64,000 nt of DNA from an uncultured virus (IMG/VR IMGVR_UViG_3300018412_000011) (Duplodnaviria; Heunggongvirae; Uroviricota; Caudoviricetes), in IMG/VR virus record IMGVR_UViG_3300018412_000011; one strand, written 5' to 3'. Position 1 is the first letter of the stretch. The number at the start of each line of letters is the position of its first letter. The position numbers were made by a program, and so were the translations under genes. Below are positions 37,647 to 47,785 of the stretch, one piece after another. Below the pieces are notes generated by a model, which worked only from the letters and a program-made list of their open reading frames with translations, was not told the origin of the DNA and searched no databases.

Positions 37647-38240
37647 ATGAGTGCAAAAAAGAAAAAACCGAAAAAAAAGAAAAAAAAGTTAGATTCTATA
37701 CCAAAAATAAATAGAAAACTTTTTTCTCTATGGAGTTTGGCAGTACGAGAAAGAGCTGATCATAAATGCGAATATTGTGGAATAAAAAAGGGAGAGTTAA
37801 ATGAAAATGGAAAATCCACCAAAATAGACGCTCATCACTTAATGAATAGAGATGTTCGCAACTCCCCTTTAAAATTTGACATTCGAAATGGGATAGCTTT
37901 ATGTCCTAGATGTCACAAATGGTCTCCCAACAATGCTTTCCATTCTAATCCAATTACTACTGTAGCTTGGCTCATCAAAAATGACGACTATCGTTATCAT
38001 TTTGTGTTACAAAATTATGAAAAACAAATAGACCTTACATCTAGAGAGATTCTTGAAAAAATAAAAGAACATTTGGATAATAAAGAACCCCTTGATATTG
38101 ACGCATTGCAAAAAAAATCAGAAGAAATTGCGGCTGAAAAAGAAAAAAAAGCTCAAGCAAAAAAGGAAAAACAGTTATCCGAAGAACAATCTATTTTTGA
38201 TAATATTCCAGATGTAAATTCAAAAGTGGAAGAAAAATAA
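37647..38240 (+). CDS. HNH endonuclease (NinG-like)
   Basis: WS..VRER...CEYCG...DAHH...FD..NGIALC..CH. Confidence 0.8.
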   Translation: MSAKKKKPKKKKKKLDSIPKINRKLFSLWSLAVRERADHKCEYCGIKKGELNENGKSTKIDAHHLMNRDVRNSPLKFDIRNGIALCPRCHKWSPNNAFHSNPITTVAWLIKNDDYRYHFVLQNYEKQIDLTSREILEKIKEHLDNKEPLDIDALQKKSEEIAAEKEKKAQAKKEKQLSEEQSIFDNIPDVNSKVEEK

Positions 38241-38241
38241 G

Positions 38242-39480
38242 TTAATTATCCATAAGGTAACGAATCATTTCATAAAGTTTGGTTTTAGCATCATCTCCGT
38301 ACCTAATACATTTTAAACACTCTGAAATAGCTAAATATTGTTTTATCCCTTTTTGCAGGGCTACGCTTTTAAACTCTTCTAAACCATTCTTTTGTACATT
38401 CGGGAACACAATGATGTCTTTTACATAGTTAACTACTTGAGTGGCAACAAAAGGAAGAGGCAATCTTTCTGATTTTTTAAGTTTTACTCCTTTGCCTTCT
38501 AACCTTTCGAAATAATATTCGGGCATGCCCCTCCGATTTACCATATATTCCTTTGCTTTGTCGGGACTACTCAATTCTTTCTTTATTTTTTTTTGTTCAC
38601 TTAAAATTACCCTATCTCTGAATTGCAAAGTAGAAGGAAATTTACCCATAGCAAGCAACTCTCTTTCTATTTGAGACCAAGCCACCCCCTTAGCCCATTT
38701 GTCTAAAACAATCAGTTGCCATCTTGCTCGTTTCATAAGAATTTCAGACAAAACATTAGGATGAACTTTTTTATTTAAGAAATCTTCCAACGTAGATATC
38801 ACATTAGAATAATTATTAGAATCCAGTGCATTTCCTAACTTGTAAATAATAGCATCTTGAGTAATAGGATAAGCATAATTCAATATATCTTCTTCTTCTA
38901 CTTTACCATTTACAACAAGAGCTAATTTATTCACTTCAGAATTAATGATTCCTCTGTTACTCCCAATTATTTGGTAAAATAATCTTGCAACATCATTATT
39001 GCAAGATATTTTCTTTTTACTAAATAGTTGAATAATATATGGGATTACATCTTTTTCTTGATTAGTTTCAAAACCATTATTTATAAATTTACTATTTTTT
39101 ATTCCTTTGATCTCATTGATCCACGTTGACCAAGTTTTATTAAAAATGCCTTTTTTAGAATCAGGTTTAATGTTGTTTAAGGAATCCCAAATAACAAATT
39201 TTGTATTCGGTTGAGTGTTAATCAAGCTTACAATAAATTCTCGTATTGCTTTTTGATTAGGGATATCTTTTAAAACAATAGCTTTTGATTGCATAAAAAG
39301 ATTTTGGGAAGAAGCTTCTCCTCGTATCTCATCTACAGAATAATCGGAAAAAGACATTTCAATCCATTGAATAGTATTATATCGTTTTTTACCTGCTACG
39401 ATATTTTTCTTCGACAAAGAAGCATCTCCTATTATTAAAATAGGAGATGGCATATCATTTTTATTTTTCTCAATAGACAT
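38242..39480 (-). CDS. DNA polymerase III delta (HolA)-like clamp-loader subunit
   Basis: ILIIGD, LF...KAIV, SEVNKL, IYKL.NAL pattern; adjacent to dnaN-like and dnaX genes. Confidence 0.65.
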   Translation of the reverse strand: MSIEKNKNDMPSPILIIGDASLSKKNIVAGKKRYNTIQWIEMSFSDYSVDEIRGEASSQNLFMQSKAIVLKDIPNQKAIREFIVSLINTQPNTKFVIWDSLNNIKPDSKKGIFNKTWSTWINEIKGIKNSKFINNGFETNQEKDVIPYIIQLFSKKKISCNNDVARLFYQIIGSNRGIINSEVNKLALVVNGKVEEEDILNYAYPITQDAIIYKLGNALDSNNYSNVISTLEDFLNKKVHPNVLSEILMKRARWQLIVLDKWAKGVAWSQIERELLAMGKFPSTLQFRDRVILSEQKKIKKELSSPDKAKEYMVNRRGMPEYYFERLEGKGVKLKKSERLPLPFVATQVVNYVKDIIVFPNVQKNGLEEFKSVALQKGIKQYLAISECLKCIRYGDDAKTKLYEMIRYLMDN

Positions 39481-39485
39481 AAATA

Positions 39486-40748
39486 TTAAGCATAAATAGA
39501 ACTGTTTTTCTTCATTGTGTACATTCTAGAATTTTCTTGAGCTTCATCTTCGAATACAAAAATATCTTTCGAATCCATGGTTTTAATAGTAAGTTTATCA
39601 GATCCTAAATTTTTCATAAATTCATTTAAATGTTTAACGGAAAATACAGCTTTAAATGAAGAGGCACAATCTTCAATAACGGTTAACCCTGATGTTGGAG
39701 CTTTTCCTGCCTCTGAAATAGCAACAATTTTAACTTTGTTGTTATTTTCTTCAAATATAAATTGGATTGAATCTGAATTTACAATAGAAGCGGCATTAAT
39801 TCTTTTTTGCAAGGAATCTTTATCTAAAGCCCCAACTTTATAATATTTAGTTTTAACAAGACTTTTGATTTGAGGGAATTTGTTTCTTTGTTGATCATCA
39901 GGACTAGAGATGCGAACAAAGAAATTATTAAAATACACATAACTTTTGTTGTTGTCTATATCAAAATAGATATTCACTAGATCCGTTGAAGAGGCAAATT
40001 TCAAAATCGAAATAAAATAAGCTCCATTCAAAAATACCCTAGAGTTTTCAAAAAATTTGTCATCAACTCTATCTGTTGATTGAAGGGCATAAGTAGAACA
40101 CCTTGTGAAATCAGTAGCAGCTAACAAAATATCATCATCAACTTTTTCCATCACAAAACTATCGTAGATATGATTCCAATCTTTAGGGAGAAGAGATATT
40201 TTAGTTAATTTAGTTGCAGCTTCCATTTCACTCACAGGAACTGAAACGTGAACGTCATCTTGTCCATCAAAATCAACCATTGTTACTTGGCTTTCATCGT
40301 AACAATCGAGTTTCCATTTGTCTCCATTGCCCTTATCATCTTTTGAAACAAGATTTAAAGACCCAATCATTTGAATAGAATTCCCATCTTGTTCCACGTC
40401 ATCTGATATCCCAATCATTTTAGGAGTATCCAAAGTTTTCAAAGAAAGGCCGATAGTAGATTTCTTTTGAGTCTTAAGCCATTGATTTAAAGGCTTGGCT
40501 TTTACTAAAACCGTACCAGGTTCTTTAACATCTACTCCATTATTAGAGTCTACTTCTAATACATATTTTGAAGATAAAACATTTGTGGTTGACTCAAAAA
40601 CAATGTTTTTTTCTGTTGCACTAATTTTTACAGACTGAATAAGGGGAGCAACGTTACTATTGTCGGAAAAAGCTTCGTCAGACAATGCCGCCATCCCCCC
40701 TCTTTCAATTGCATATACTAATAATTCTTGACTTATTGCTATCTTCAT
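39486..40748 (-). CDS. dnaN: DNA polymerase III beta sliding clamp-like
   Basis: MKI.I....L...I start, P.I..VKI.A, G.VLV.AK, ATD..R, FP; three-domain length. Confidence 0.75.
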   Translation of the reverse strand: MKIAISQELLVYAIERGGMAALSDEAFSDNSNVAPLIQSVKISATEKNIVFESTTNVLSSKYVLEVDSNNGVDVKEPGTVLVKAKPLNQWLKTQKKSTIGLSLKTLDTPKMIGISDDVEQDGNSIQMIGSLNLVSKDDKGNGDKWKLDCYDESQVTMVDFDGQDDVHVSVPVSEMEAATKLTKISLLPKDWNHIYDSFVMEKVDDDILLAATDFTRCSTYALQSTDRVDDKFFENSRVFLNGAYFISILKFASSTDLVNIYFDIDNNKSYVYFNNFFVRISSPDDQQRNKFPQIKSLVKTKYYKVGALDKDSLQKRINAASIVNSDSIQFIFEENNNKVKIVAISEAGKAPTSGLTVIEDCASSFKAVFSVKHLNEFMKNLGSDKLTIKTMDSKDIFVFEDEAQENSRMYTMKKNSSIYA

Positions 40749-40815
40749 ATTCTTCCTTGTTTTTAAATGATAGGAAAGAATACCTCAAGAGAAAAAGAAG
40801 TTAAATATTTATTCC

Positions 40816-41712
40816 TCATTTCCTCATAAATAATGGCAAATCTTCCTCTCTACAATGTTCCATCAAATAAGCCGCTTTTCTTCTTATTCTTAGTAATGCA
40901 TTATCAACAGCTTTAGGGCCACATTTTTTACCCCCCTTTTTGCTTAATATTTCCGCTATTTCATTGTAAGAATGACTCAATAGCCAAGTTTGCAAAACTT
41001 CTTGTTCAAATTCAGACAATTCAGATTTTAATGTTTTTAGAGTTATATCAAAAGATTCATTTTTAGCTGCTTTTTCATCTGCTGAATCTGAAGGGTCTGG
41101 CAAAATATTAGAATAATTACTTGCATTTTCTTCATGTAATGGAGAGCTATCCATTGAAACTGCTCGATTCATAGATTGGTCTTTCAATCTATTTTGAGAA
41201 GCATTCAGAATTGTAATCAAATGTCTTTTAATGCACATTTTGGCAAAATTTAAAAAACTCATTCCCTTCCCTTCTTTAAAGCCTGGAATAGCTTTAAATC
41301 TCATAGCAATCAAAGCTTCTTGATAAATATCAACTGTTTCATAACCTTTAATGAAGGGGAATTGCTTGAGCACAACGTGCAAAAGATATCCGTGCATATA
41401 AAGATGAACTTTGTCAAACAATCTTTGGCTTTTTACAGAAGCAGGATCTTTTTGAATTTCTTTTGCTATTCTATCTAATTCTTCTTGAACTTCTTTGGGG
41501 GTGCCATCAATAGGAATATCAACAACAGGTAATTTAAATAATAAATCTTCAACAGCCTTTTTTTGCTTAATTTGAGTTTTTTCTATTTCTTTATTTTTTT
41601 TCTCTGAAACTTTTTTTCTTTTTACATCTTTTCTCTCAGAAGAAGTCTCCCTTTTAGTTTTTGTTTCGTTTTTAGATTTTGTTTTCTTTTGGATTTTTAA
41701 CTGATCCACCAT
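40816..41712 (-). CDS. SigH-like alternative sigma factor
   Basis: F.IKGYE..DIYQEA.I, SF.NFAKMCIKR.LIT, LSEFE.EVL...SY.EIAE.L....KAVDNALLRIRRK, closely paralleling Firmicute SigH motifs. Confidence 0.85.
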   Translation of the reverse strand: MVDQLKIQKKTKSKNETKTKRETSSERKDVKRKKVSEKKNKEIEKTQIKQKKAVEDLLFKLPVVDIPIDGTPKEVQEELDRIAKEIQKDPASVKSQRLFDKVHLYMHGYLLHVVLKQFPFIKGYETVDIYQEALIAMRFKAIPGFKEGKGMSFLNFAKMCIKRHLITILNASQNRLKDQSMNRAVSMDSSPLHEENASNYSNILPDPSDSADEKAAKNESFDITLKTLKSELSEFEQEVLQTWLLSHSYNEIAEILSKKGGKKCGPKAVDNALLRIRRKAAYLMEHCREEDLPLFMRK

Positions 41713-41775
41713 ATCTTATCTCCCTTTTATTAAAGGGGTAAGGAGGACTTTTCGTTGTTATACTCTTTTTAATTT

Positions 41776-42867
41776 TCATAGTTTTGCCATGCATTTAATT
41801 AACGTCGATTCCATAACCCATCGTTCATTAATACTATATTCTAGTTCTTTTTTAATTGTGGAAAATTCTTGACTTAATGAATCAAGTTGATTAAAAGTCA
41901 AGTTTTCTCCTATTTTTTGCAATCTTTCTATTTCATATTCTGGCAAATCAACCCATTTTGAATTACCTTTTTGTGCTTTTAAAATCATAATGTTTCTAAA
42001 AATTTCTGAAATTTCATATAAAATCCCTTGAGCATCCGCACAACTTACAAACAAATCATTAATTTCGTCAATAACTTCTGATAAATTTTTTTGAACCATA
42101 TTTTTTACAATATTAAAAGCAGCATTCCTGTCCGTAACTCCAAAATATTTTTGGACACTTTTAGATTCAATTCTTTTCCCCCCTGCAATGGTTTCAATTT
42201 GTTGTAAAAAACCGATTGCGTCTCTCATACTTCCCCTGCCAAGTTTTGCAATATCAAACAAAGCATCTTCTGATATATTGATATTTTCTTGTTCTGAAAT
42301 ATATTGCAGTCTAGAAGCAATATGCTTAAAGTTTATTTTTTTGAAGTTAAAAAGCTGCGATCTTGAGAGAATTGTATTGGGAATTTTATTTACTTCTGTT
42401 GTACAAAAAACAAATGTTAAATACTCAGGAGGTTCTTCTACTATTTTCAAAAGTGCAGAAATTGCAGTTGAAGAAAGTTGATGTGCTTCATCTATAATGA
42501 GCACTTTTCTTTTTAAAACCGCAGGAGACCATTGAGCTCCTTCAATCAAAGAGTTAATGTCTTCAACCTTTCTGTTTTTTGCTCCGTCAAGTTCAATAAT
42601 ATCTGTTGCTTTTCCATGAGGAATGGTTTTGCAAGCTTCGCATTCTCTACACAAGACCCCATCTTGGGGGTTGTCGCATGTTAAAAGGTTAGCAAGAATT
42701 CGGGAGGACGTGGTTTTGCCACAACCCTTAGTGCCTCCAAACAAATACGAATGCACAAACTTGTTTTGAATTGAAGCTTGTTTTAGAGTCTTGGTTACAT
42801 GTTGTTGACCCACAACATCTTGCAACTGAAAGGGGCGATATTTTAAATATAACACATTTGTAGACAT
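41776..42867 (-). CDS. dnaX: DNA polymerase III gamma/tau clamp-loader ATPase
   Basis: LYLKYRP...DVVGQ, G.KGCGKTT, Cys4 zinc module, DEAH, LLK.VEEPP, TILSR, GSMRDA. Confidence 0.95.
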   Translation of the reverse strand: MSTNVLYLKYRPFQLQDVVGQQHVTKTLKQASIQNKFVHSYLFGGTKGCGKTTSSRILANLLTCDNPQDGVLCRECEACKTIPHGKATDIIELDGAKNRKVEDINSLIEGAQWSPAVLKRKVLIIDEAHQLSSTAISALLKIVEEPPEYLTFVFCTTEVNKIPNTILSRSQLFNFKKINFKHIASRLQYISEQENINISEDALFDIAKLGRGSMRDAIGFLQQIETIAGGKRIESKSVQKYFGVTDRNAAFNIVKNMVQKNLSEVIDEINDLFVSCADAQGILYEISEIFRNIMILKAQKGNSKWVDLPEYEIERLQKIGENLTFNQLDSLSQEFSTIKKELEYSINERWVMESTLIKCMAKL

Positions 42868-42907
42868 CTTAATTTCCTTCTTTTATTATACATTGTTTTT
42901 TAAAATA

Positions 42908-43345
42908 TTACAAAGATAAAATCTCTTGCAATATTTCATCGTTATTTTTGCTTTGAATATTGACTACAGGCATTTCAATTTCTTTTTTAAGTTCATCGAT
43001 AGCTATAACATGTAAATCATTATATTCATCTGTTATATATACGGGCTTAATCGCATCTGTTAAATCATTTAATGCCAAATCTGTTAACACAAAACGTGTT
43101 TTGTTTTTATCTAAAGATGATAAAAGCATATGAATCCATATGAGTTCCGAAGCGTAATATCCTCTTTCTCTTACTTGATCAATTGTATATTCGTTATTTT
43201 CTCTATTGTTTAAAGATTTGCGAAATTTTTCAATTGGTTCTAATATAGAATGAATTTGATACCCCTTTGATTTTAACAAATCAATTGCTAATTGATCTTG
43301 ATTGCCAAAAAAAGAATAAATTTTTTTATTAATTAAAGTAGTCAT
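42908..43345 (-). CDS. Degenerate dNMP-kinase-like protein lacking the P-loop
   Basis: IYSFFG, SI.EPI, R..G.....IW and FVLTD pattern, but no GxxxxGK. Confidence 0.4.
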   Translation of the reverse strand: MTTLINKKIYSFFGNQDQLAIDLLKSKGYQIHSILEPIEKFRKSLNNRENNEYTIDQVRERGYYASELIWIHMLLSSLDKNKTRFVLTDLALNDLTDAIKPVYITDEYNDLHVIAIDELKKEIEMPVVNIQSKNNDEILQEILSL

Positions 43346-44114
43346 CGGCTCCCTCAAAATCCAACACTCCTGAAATAGGTCCAATATTACTAGCCAATTG
43401 ATAAGGAGTATAAATTACATTTGCGGTTATGTTTCCTGCTGGGCTTTCCATTGAAAAATTTGTTCCTGAAGTAACACTATCAATAAATTCTAAATTTTGA
43501 GGAGAACTTGTGTAGTAATTTATGTTACCCTTTATCGTTTGAATTCCAACTCTCAATTCTCTAGGCCATAAATTCAAACTGTTATTTGTTCCAGCTGTGT
43601 ATATAGGCATAATAGGATTTGTGATATTAAATTGAAACGAAGATGCATCTGGAATATTTACATTGACTGTATCCCATGTAATAAGTTTTTCAGCTTGAGT
43701 GTAACTAACTTGACCTCCCGCATCTGTAGCTCTAATCCCAACAAAAGACACTTGAACTTTTAAAACATCACCAGCAGAACAAGATATGGAAAATGATTCA
43801 ACCTTACATCCAAAAGCTTGCATGGAAATTCCACATGTAAAAGTCAAAGAAATTGAAAAATCACTTCCCGTCTTTGCTTCTTCTAATAAGGGAATGCCAG
43901 AACGATCTGTGCAAGGATAATTTAAACTGCCTTTTACAATTTTTACACTTGGACGATAAATTGGATTTTGAGGATAAAGACCTTCATCTCTCAAGCCATA
44001 TATAGTGTTATATCTCTCTAAATTTTGAGAGGGATTCATACTCATAGAATAACATCGGAAGGTGTCTCCTCCCGCATCTGCTATTCCCATAAATCCTGGA
44101 GTTAATTCAGCCAT
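43329..44114 (-). CDS. Putative tail tube / structural protein
   Basis: V.GS..., GCKVESFSISCSAGD.LKV.VSFVG, F.F.ITN resemble phage tail-tube proteins. Confidence 0.55.
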   Translation of the reverse strand: MAELTPGFMGIADAGGDTFRCYSMSMNPSQNLERYNTIYGLRDEGLYPQNPIYRPSVKIVKGSLNYPCTDRSGIPLLEEAKTGSDFSISLTFTCGISMQAFGCKVESFSISCSAGDVLKVQVSFVGIRATDAGGQVSYTQAEKLITWDTVNVNIPDASSFQFNITNPIMPIYTAGTNNSLNLWPRELRVGIQTIKGNINYYTSSPQNLEFIDSVTSGTNFSMESPAGNITANVIYTPYQLASNIGPISGVLDFEGADDYFN

Positions 44115-47100
44115 TTTTTAGTTCTTTATAATCTTTTTCACTTAACGTTTTCTTGCATTTTGGAAATTTATTGCACCCAAAAAATTTAGTACCATCTTTC
44201 CGATTCTTTCTTTCAACTAATTTCCCATTTTTGCAATCTGGACATTGGACACCAGTTGTTTTATTAATACTTTTTTCTTTGATTTTATATTTATCTCCTT
44301 CAAAAACATATATGGTTTTACACTTGGGATATCTGTCACAAGAAAAGAATTTGCCAAATTTCCCGTTTCTCTCAACAATAGTTCCATCTTTACATTTTTG
44401 ACAAGGTTCATCTGTAGAAACTGAACCAAAACCTTCTTGTCCAGTAATTTCTTTAACTTTAGCCATCATCGATTGATAAGTTTTTTGAACAGTTTCAATA
44501 AAAGTATTTTCTCCATTAGCAATTAAATCTAAATCATCTTCCAACTCAGAAGTGAATTTAATATCCATGAAAAAATCTTTGTCAAAGTTATCATTAAGAA
44601 ATTTCTCAACTTCCAATCCTAGATCTGTAACTTCCAACTGTCCTTTTTTCCCTTTAACTTTTTTTACATACAATCGCTTCTGAATTGATTCCATAATAGA
44701 AGGATAAGTGGAAGGTCGTCCAACTCCTTCTTTTTCCATTTTTTTAATTAAGGAACCTTCATTATAACGTGGAGGAGGTTGAGTTGAATGTTTACTCCGG
44801 TCAACATCTTTTAATACTAAACTTTCTCCTTTTGTCATATCTGGAAGAATTTCTTCTTTTGTTTTTGAATAATCATATACTTTTCTCCAACCATCAAACT
44901 TAATTGATTGTCCTTTTGCAATTAGTTTGTGTTTACTTGTCGAATCTACTTCATATGTAACAGTATTCATTACGCAATTTGACATTTGACATGCTATAAA
45001 CCTTTTGCGAATTAATTGATACAATTTGTGTTCATCCGAGTTGCCAATTAAATTCCCTTCATCTAAGATATTTGTAGGCCGAATGCATTCGTGAGCTTCT
45101 TGAGCGGAAGATTTTCCCCCTTTTGAATATTTAATGGCCTTTTTAGTCGAATATGCTGATTCATATTTTTCATTAATAAATTCTCTGACACTTTCCAATG
45201 CTTCTTCTGATATATTGAATGAATCAGTCCGAATATATGTGCAATTATGGGTCCAAATTCCATTTGCTACTTGAAAATACCCGCTATCTGTTTGAAAGCA
45301 GCAAACATCCCCAGAATATGGAATCTTATTTACACTAATGACTTCTTCATAAACAAAGCCCAATAACGACTCTATTTCTTCTCTTTGTACTATTTCAACA
45401 AATAAGTCCAAAAAGGCTTTAGGGATTTTGTTCTTGTACAATCCGTTATTAGACTTCCTAGAGTAGTTCCAAACATCATATTTCGTTGACTTACTAACAA
45501 TATTCTTATTTAATTTCGAACTCTCTATAGCGTCGAATAAATTTTTATTAAGAGGAAGATTTGTTTTACTTCTAGGCTTTTCTTTCCTTAAGTTCGAACC
45601 GATATCTTTTTCAAGAGATTCATAGACTTTAGACTTCAACACAGAGCGTTCTTTTATAAGAGAATAAAAAAGAGGAATATCATAAATGGATATTTTTAAG
45701 GTTTCGGTATTGCTTCTAGAATCCTTGTGAATAACTGAATGAATATTTATATCATAAAGCAATATTTGCAATTGGCTTATAATTTTCTTGCTTTTTGACG
45801 TGTAACCTCCTTGAATGGAACAATCGTTACCTCTAATTTTATTTATAGCAAAATATCCATCTCCATCCCACAAGCCAGCTAAATAACTTTTAAAATAAGA
45901 AGATTTATTATGGATTAATTTTGGCACATCAATTATCTCCGACTTAGGGCTATATGGAATTCCTAAATCAAAAATAATTTCGTTCAGCAATCTAGATTTG
46001 AAACACAAACCATTTTTAGAACTATTTTGAACACCCCAACCGCGAAACAAGGATTCTACTTCTTTTTTTATGTCACAATATTTTTCCACATCCACTTTTA
46101 ACGGATTCTTAAGAAGCAATGCACTTAAATCTATTTTGTCTTTATAAAAGCATCCATCACTAGCTACCAACCCTGCTAAATAAAGTAGATTTTCTGGTAA
46201 TTCATATGGCATATACAAAGGTTTTGCAGTTCCATATTGATAAGTCAAATGAGAATATTTATTTCCCAATTGTTCTTCAACCAAAACTTTATCATTTAAC
46301 AATTTCTCAATTATGTTAAACGGCAAGATGTCATTTCTAATTAACTTATAAACTGTTGACTCTGCTTTTTCATTAAATAAATAATCTTTTATTTTTGGGA
46401 TTTGTTTGACAAAGTCCTTTTTAAAAACAAATCTGATCTTTTTCTTTTCAACATCAGTGGAATAACTTAAAACTTGCGATAAAGTTAATTTTGAATCATC
46501 ATTTTTTATGTCGTGCTTTTTCCTCAACAAAAAATCGGTGTGAGGACAGATTTCTGAAGCTTTTTTGTCAGTTATTTTCCCTGAAACTCTATCATAAATT
46601 GGAAATAGGTGGTCGGGAGTTACCCTCAAGGTGTTTCCCCCTAAATCAATATTAATGATCTCTCCCTCGTAGTGAAAATCTGTTTTTTTACCAATAGCTT
46701 TGCACGAATGATAATTACTTCGATTTATATCATTTAATTCTTTAATCCCATTTAAATCGCCAATTCTTTCTATGATTCCATTCGAATCCCGAATATATGT
46801 GTCAGGCGTGAAGCACAAACCAGCTTCATAAAGCTTCTGGGCATGTGAAGCTGTTTTCTTGGCTCCCCACCCCCATAATGATGAGCATGTAGTTTGCAAA
46901 GAGGATGTATCAAAGGGAGGGTAAGGTTTGCTTTTCTTTTCTTTTTTTTCTACGTTTGTTAATGAAAAATCTGATTGCTTTAATTTTTGTTCATCTTCCT
47001 TAGATAATTTTTCGTCCACATAACGATTTTCTTTATTCTTAGTCTGGACCCTTGCCCAAAATTGACCTTTTTTGCCTTTTAGCAAAGCATCAATATACCA

Positions 47101-47682
47101 GAAATCTTCTGGTTTGAAATTTTTGATTTCAATTTCTCTTTCTGATAAAATCTTTAATGCTATGGATTGAACTCTTCCAGCTGATGTTTTAGAAGCCACT
47201 GCTTTCCATAAAAGAGGAGATATTTTATACCCAATTAAACGATCCAAGACTTGTCTAGCTTTTTGAGCATGAACTTTATCCATATCAATATCTTTTTTAT
47301 TTTCTAGAGCTTTTAAAACATCTTTTTGAGTGATCGAATTAAAAGTAATTCTTTTACATTTTTTTTGATCTTCTTTCCGCAATAAATCATATAAATGCCA
47401 TGAAATAGCTTCTCCTTCCATATCATTATCGGTTGCAAGAATAATTTCAGATGCTTTTTTAGCTTCTTCTTTGATTTCAGAAACCACTTGCGTTTTGTCA
47501 GAAGATATCTTGTAAATAGGTTCGAAACCTTCTTTGATTTTAATGTTCATTCCCTTACGAGGAATTTCTCTCACATGACCCACCGATGCTTTTACTACAA
47601 AATCAGACCCTAAGAATTTTTTTAATGTTTTAATTTTGTTAGGAGACTCTACGATAAATAATGTTTTCTTTGTTTTACTCAT
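44107..47682 (-). CDS. topA: Type IA DNA topoisomerase with intein
   Basis: IVESP.K, ATD.D.EGE, SAGRVQS, TYIRTDS (active Tyr), QEAHE.IRPT, GVGRPST, C-terminal zinc ribbons. Confidence 0.96.
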   Translation of the reverse strand: MSKTKKTLFIVESPNKIKTLKKFLGSDFVVKASVGHVREIPRKGMNIKIKEGFEPIYKISSDKTQVVSEIKEEAKKASEIILATDNDMEGEAISWHLYDLLRKEDQKKCKRITFNSITQKDVLKALENKKDIDMDKVHAQKARQVLDRLIGYKISPLLWKAVASKTSAGRVQSIALKILSEREIEIKNFKPEDFWYIDALLKGKKGQFWARVQTKNKENRYVDEKLSKEDEQKLKQSDFSLTNVEKKEKKSKPYPPFDTSSLQTTCSSLWGWGAKKTASHAQKLYEAGLCFTPDTYIRDSNGIIERIGDLNGIKELNDINRSNYHSCKAIGKKTDFHYEGEIINIDLGGNTLRVTPDHLFPIYDRVSGKITDKKASEICPHTDFLLRKKHDIKNDDSKLTLSQVLSYSTDVEKKKIRFVFKKDFVKQIPKIKDYLFNEKAESTVYKLIRNDILPFNIIEKLLNDKVLVEEQLGNKYSHLTYQYGTAKPLYMPYELPENLLYLAGLVASDGCFYKDKIDLSALLLKNPLKVDVEKYCDIKKEVESLFRGWGVQNSSKNGLCFKSRLLNEIIFDLGIPYSPKSEIIDVPKLIHNKSSYFKSYLAGLWDGDGYFAINKIRGNDCSIQGGYTSKSKKIISQLQILLYDINIHSVIHKDSRSNTETLKISIYDIPLFYSLIKERSVLKSKVYESLEKDIGSNLRKEKPRSKTNLPLNKNLFDAIESSKLNKNIVSKSTKYDVWNYSRKSNNGLYKNKIPKAFLDLFVEIVQREEIESLLGFVYEEVISVNKIPYSGDVCCFQTDSGYFQVANGIWTHNCTYIRTDSFNISEEALESVREFINEKYESAYSTKKAIKYSKGGKSSAQEAHECIRPTNILDEGNLIGNSDEHKLYQLIRKRFIACQMSNCVMNTVTYEVDSTSKHKLIAKGQSIKFDGWRKVYDYSKTKEEILPDMTKGESLVLKDVDRSKHSTQPPPRYNEGSLIKKMEKEGVGRPSTYPSIMESIQKRLYVKKVKGKKGQLEVTDLGLEVEKFLNDNFDKDFFMDIKFTSELEDDLDLIANGENTFIETVQKTYQSMMAKVKEITGQEGFGSVSTDEPCQKCKDGTIVERNGKFGKFFSCDRYPKCKTIYVFEGDKYKIKEKSINKTTGVQCPDCKNGKLVERKNRKDGTKFFGCNKFPKCKKTLSEKDYKELKNG
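45244..46815 (-). mobile_element. 524-aa LAGLIDADG intein in TopA
   Basis: Starts CFTPDT, block B VTPDH, LAGLVASDG and LAGLWDGDG, ends WTHN followed by +1 Cys. Confidence 0.95.
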
Positions 47683-47785
47683 TTATATAAATATATGATT
47701 GTTAATGAATTATTATACAAGAATATTCGACATTTGAAAACAAATTTATAGGGTTTTCATGTGAATATGAAGAAAAACATATGGT

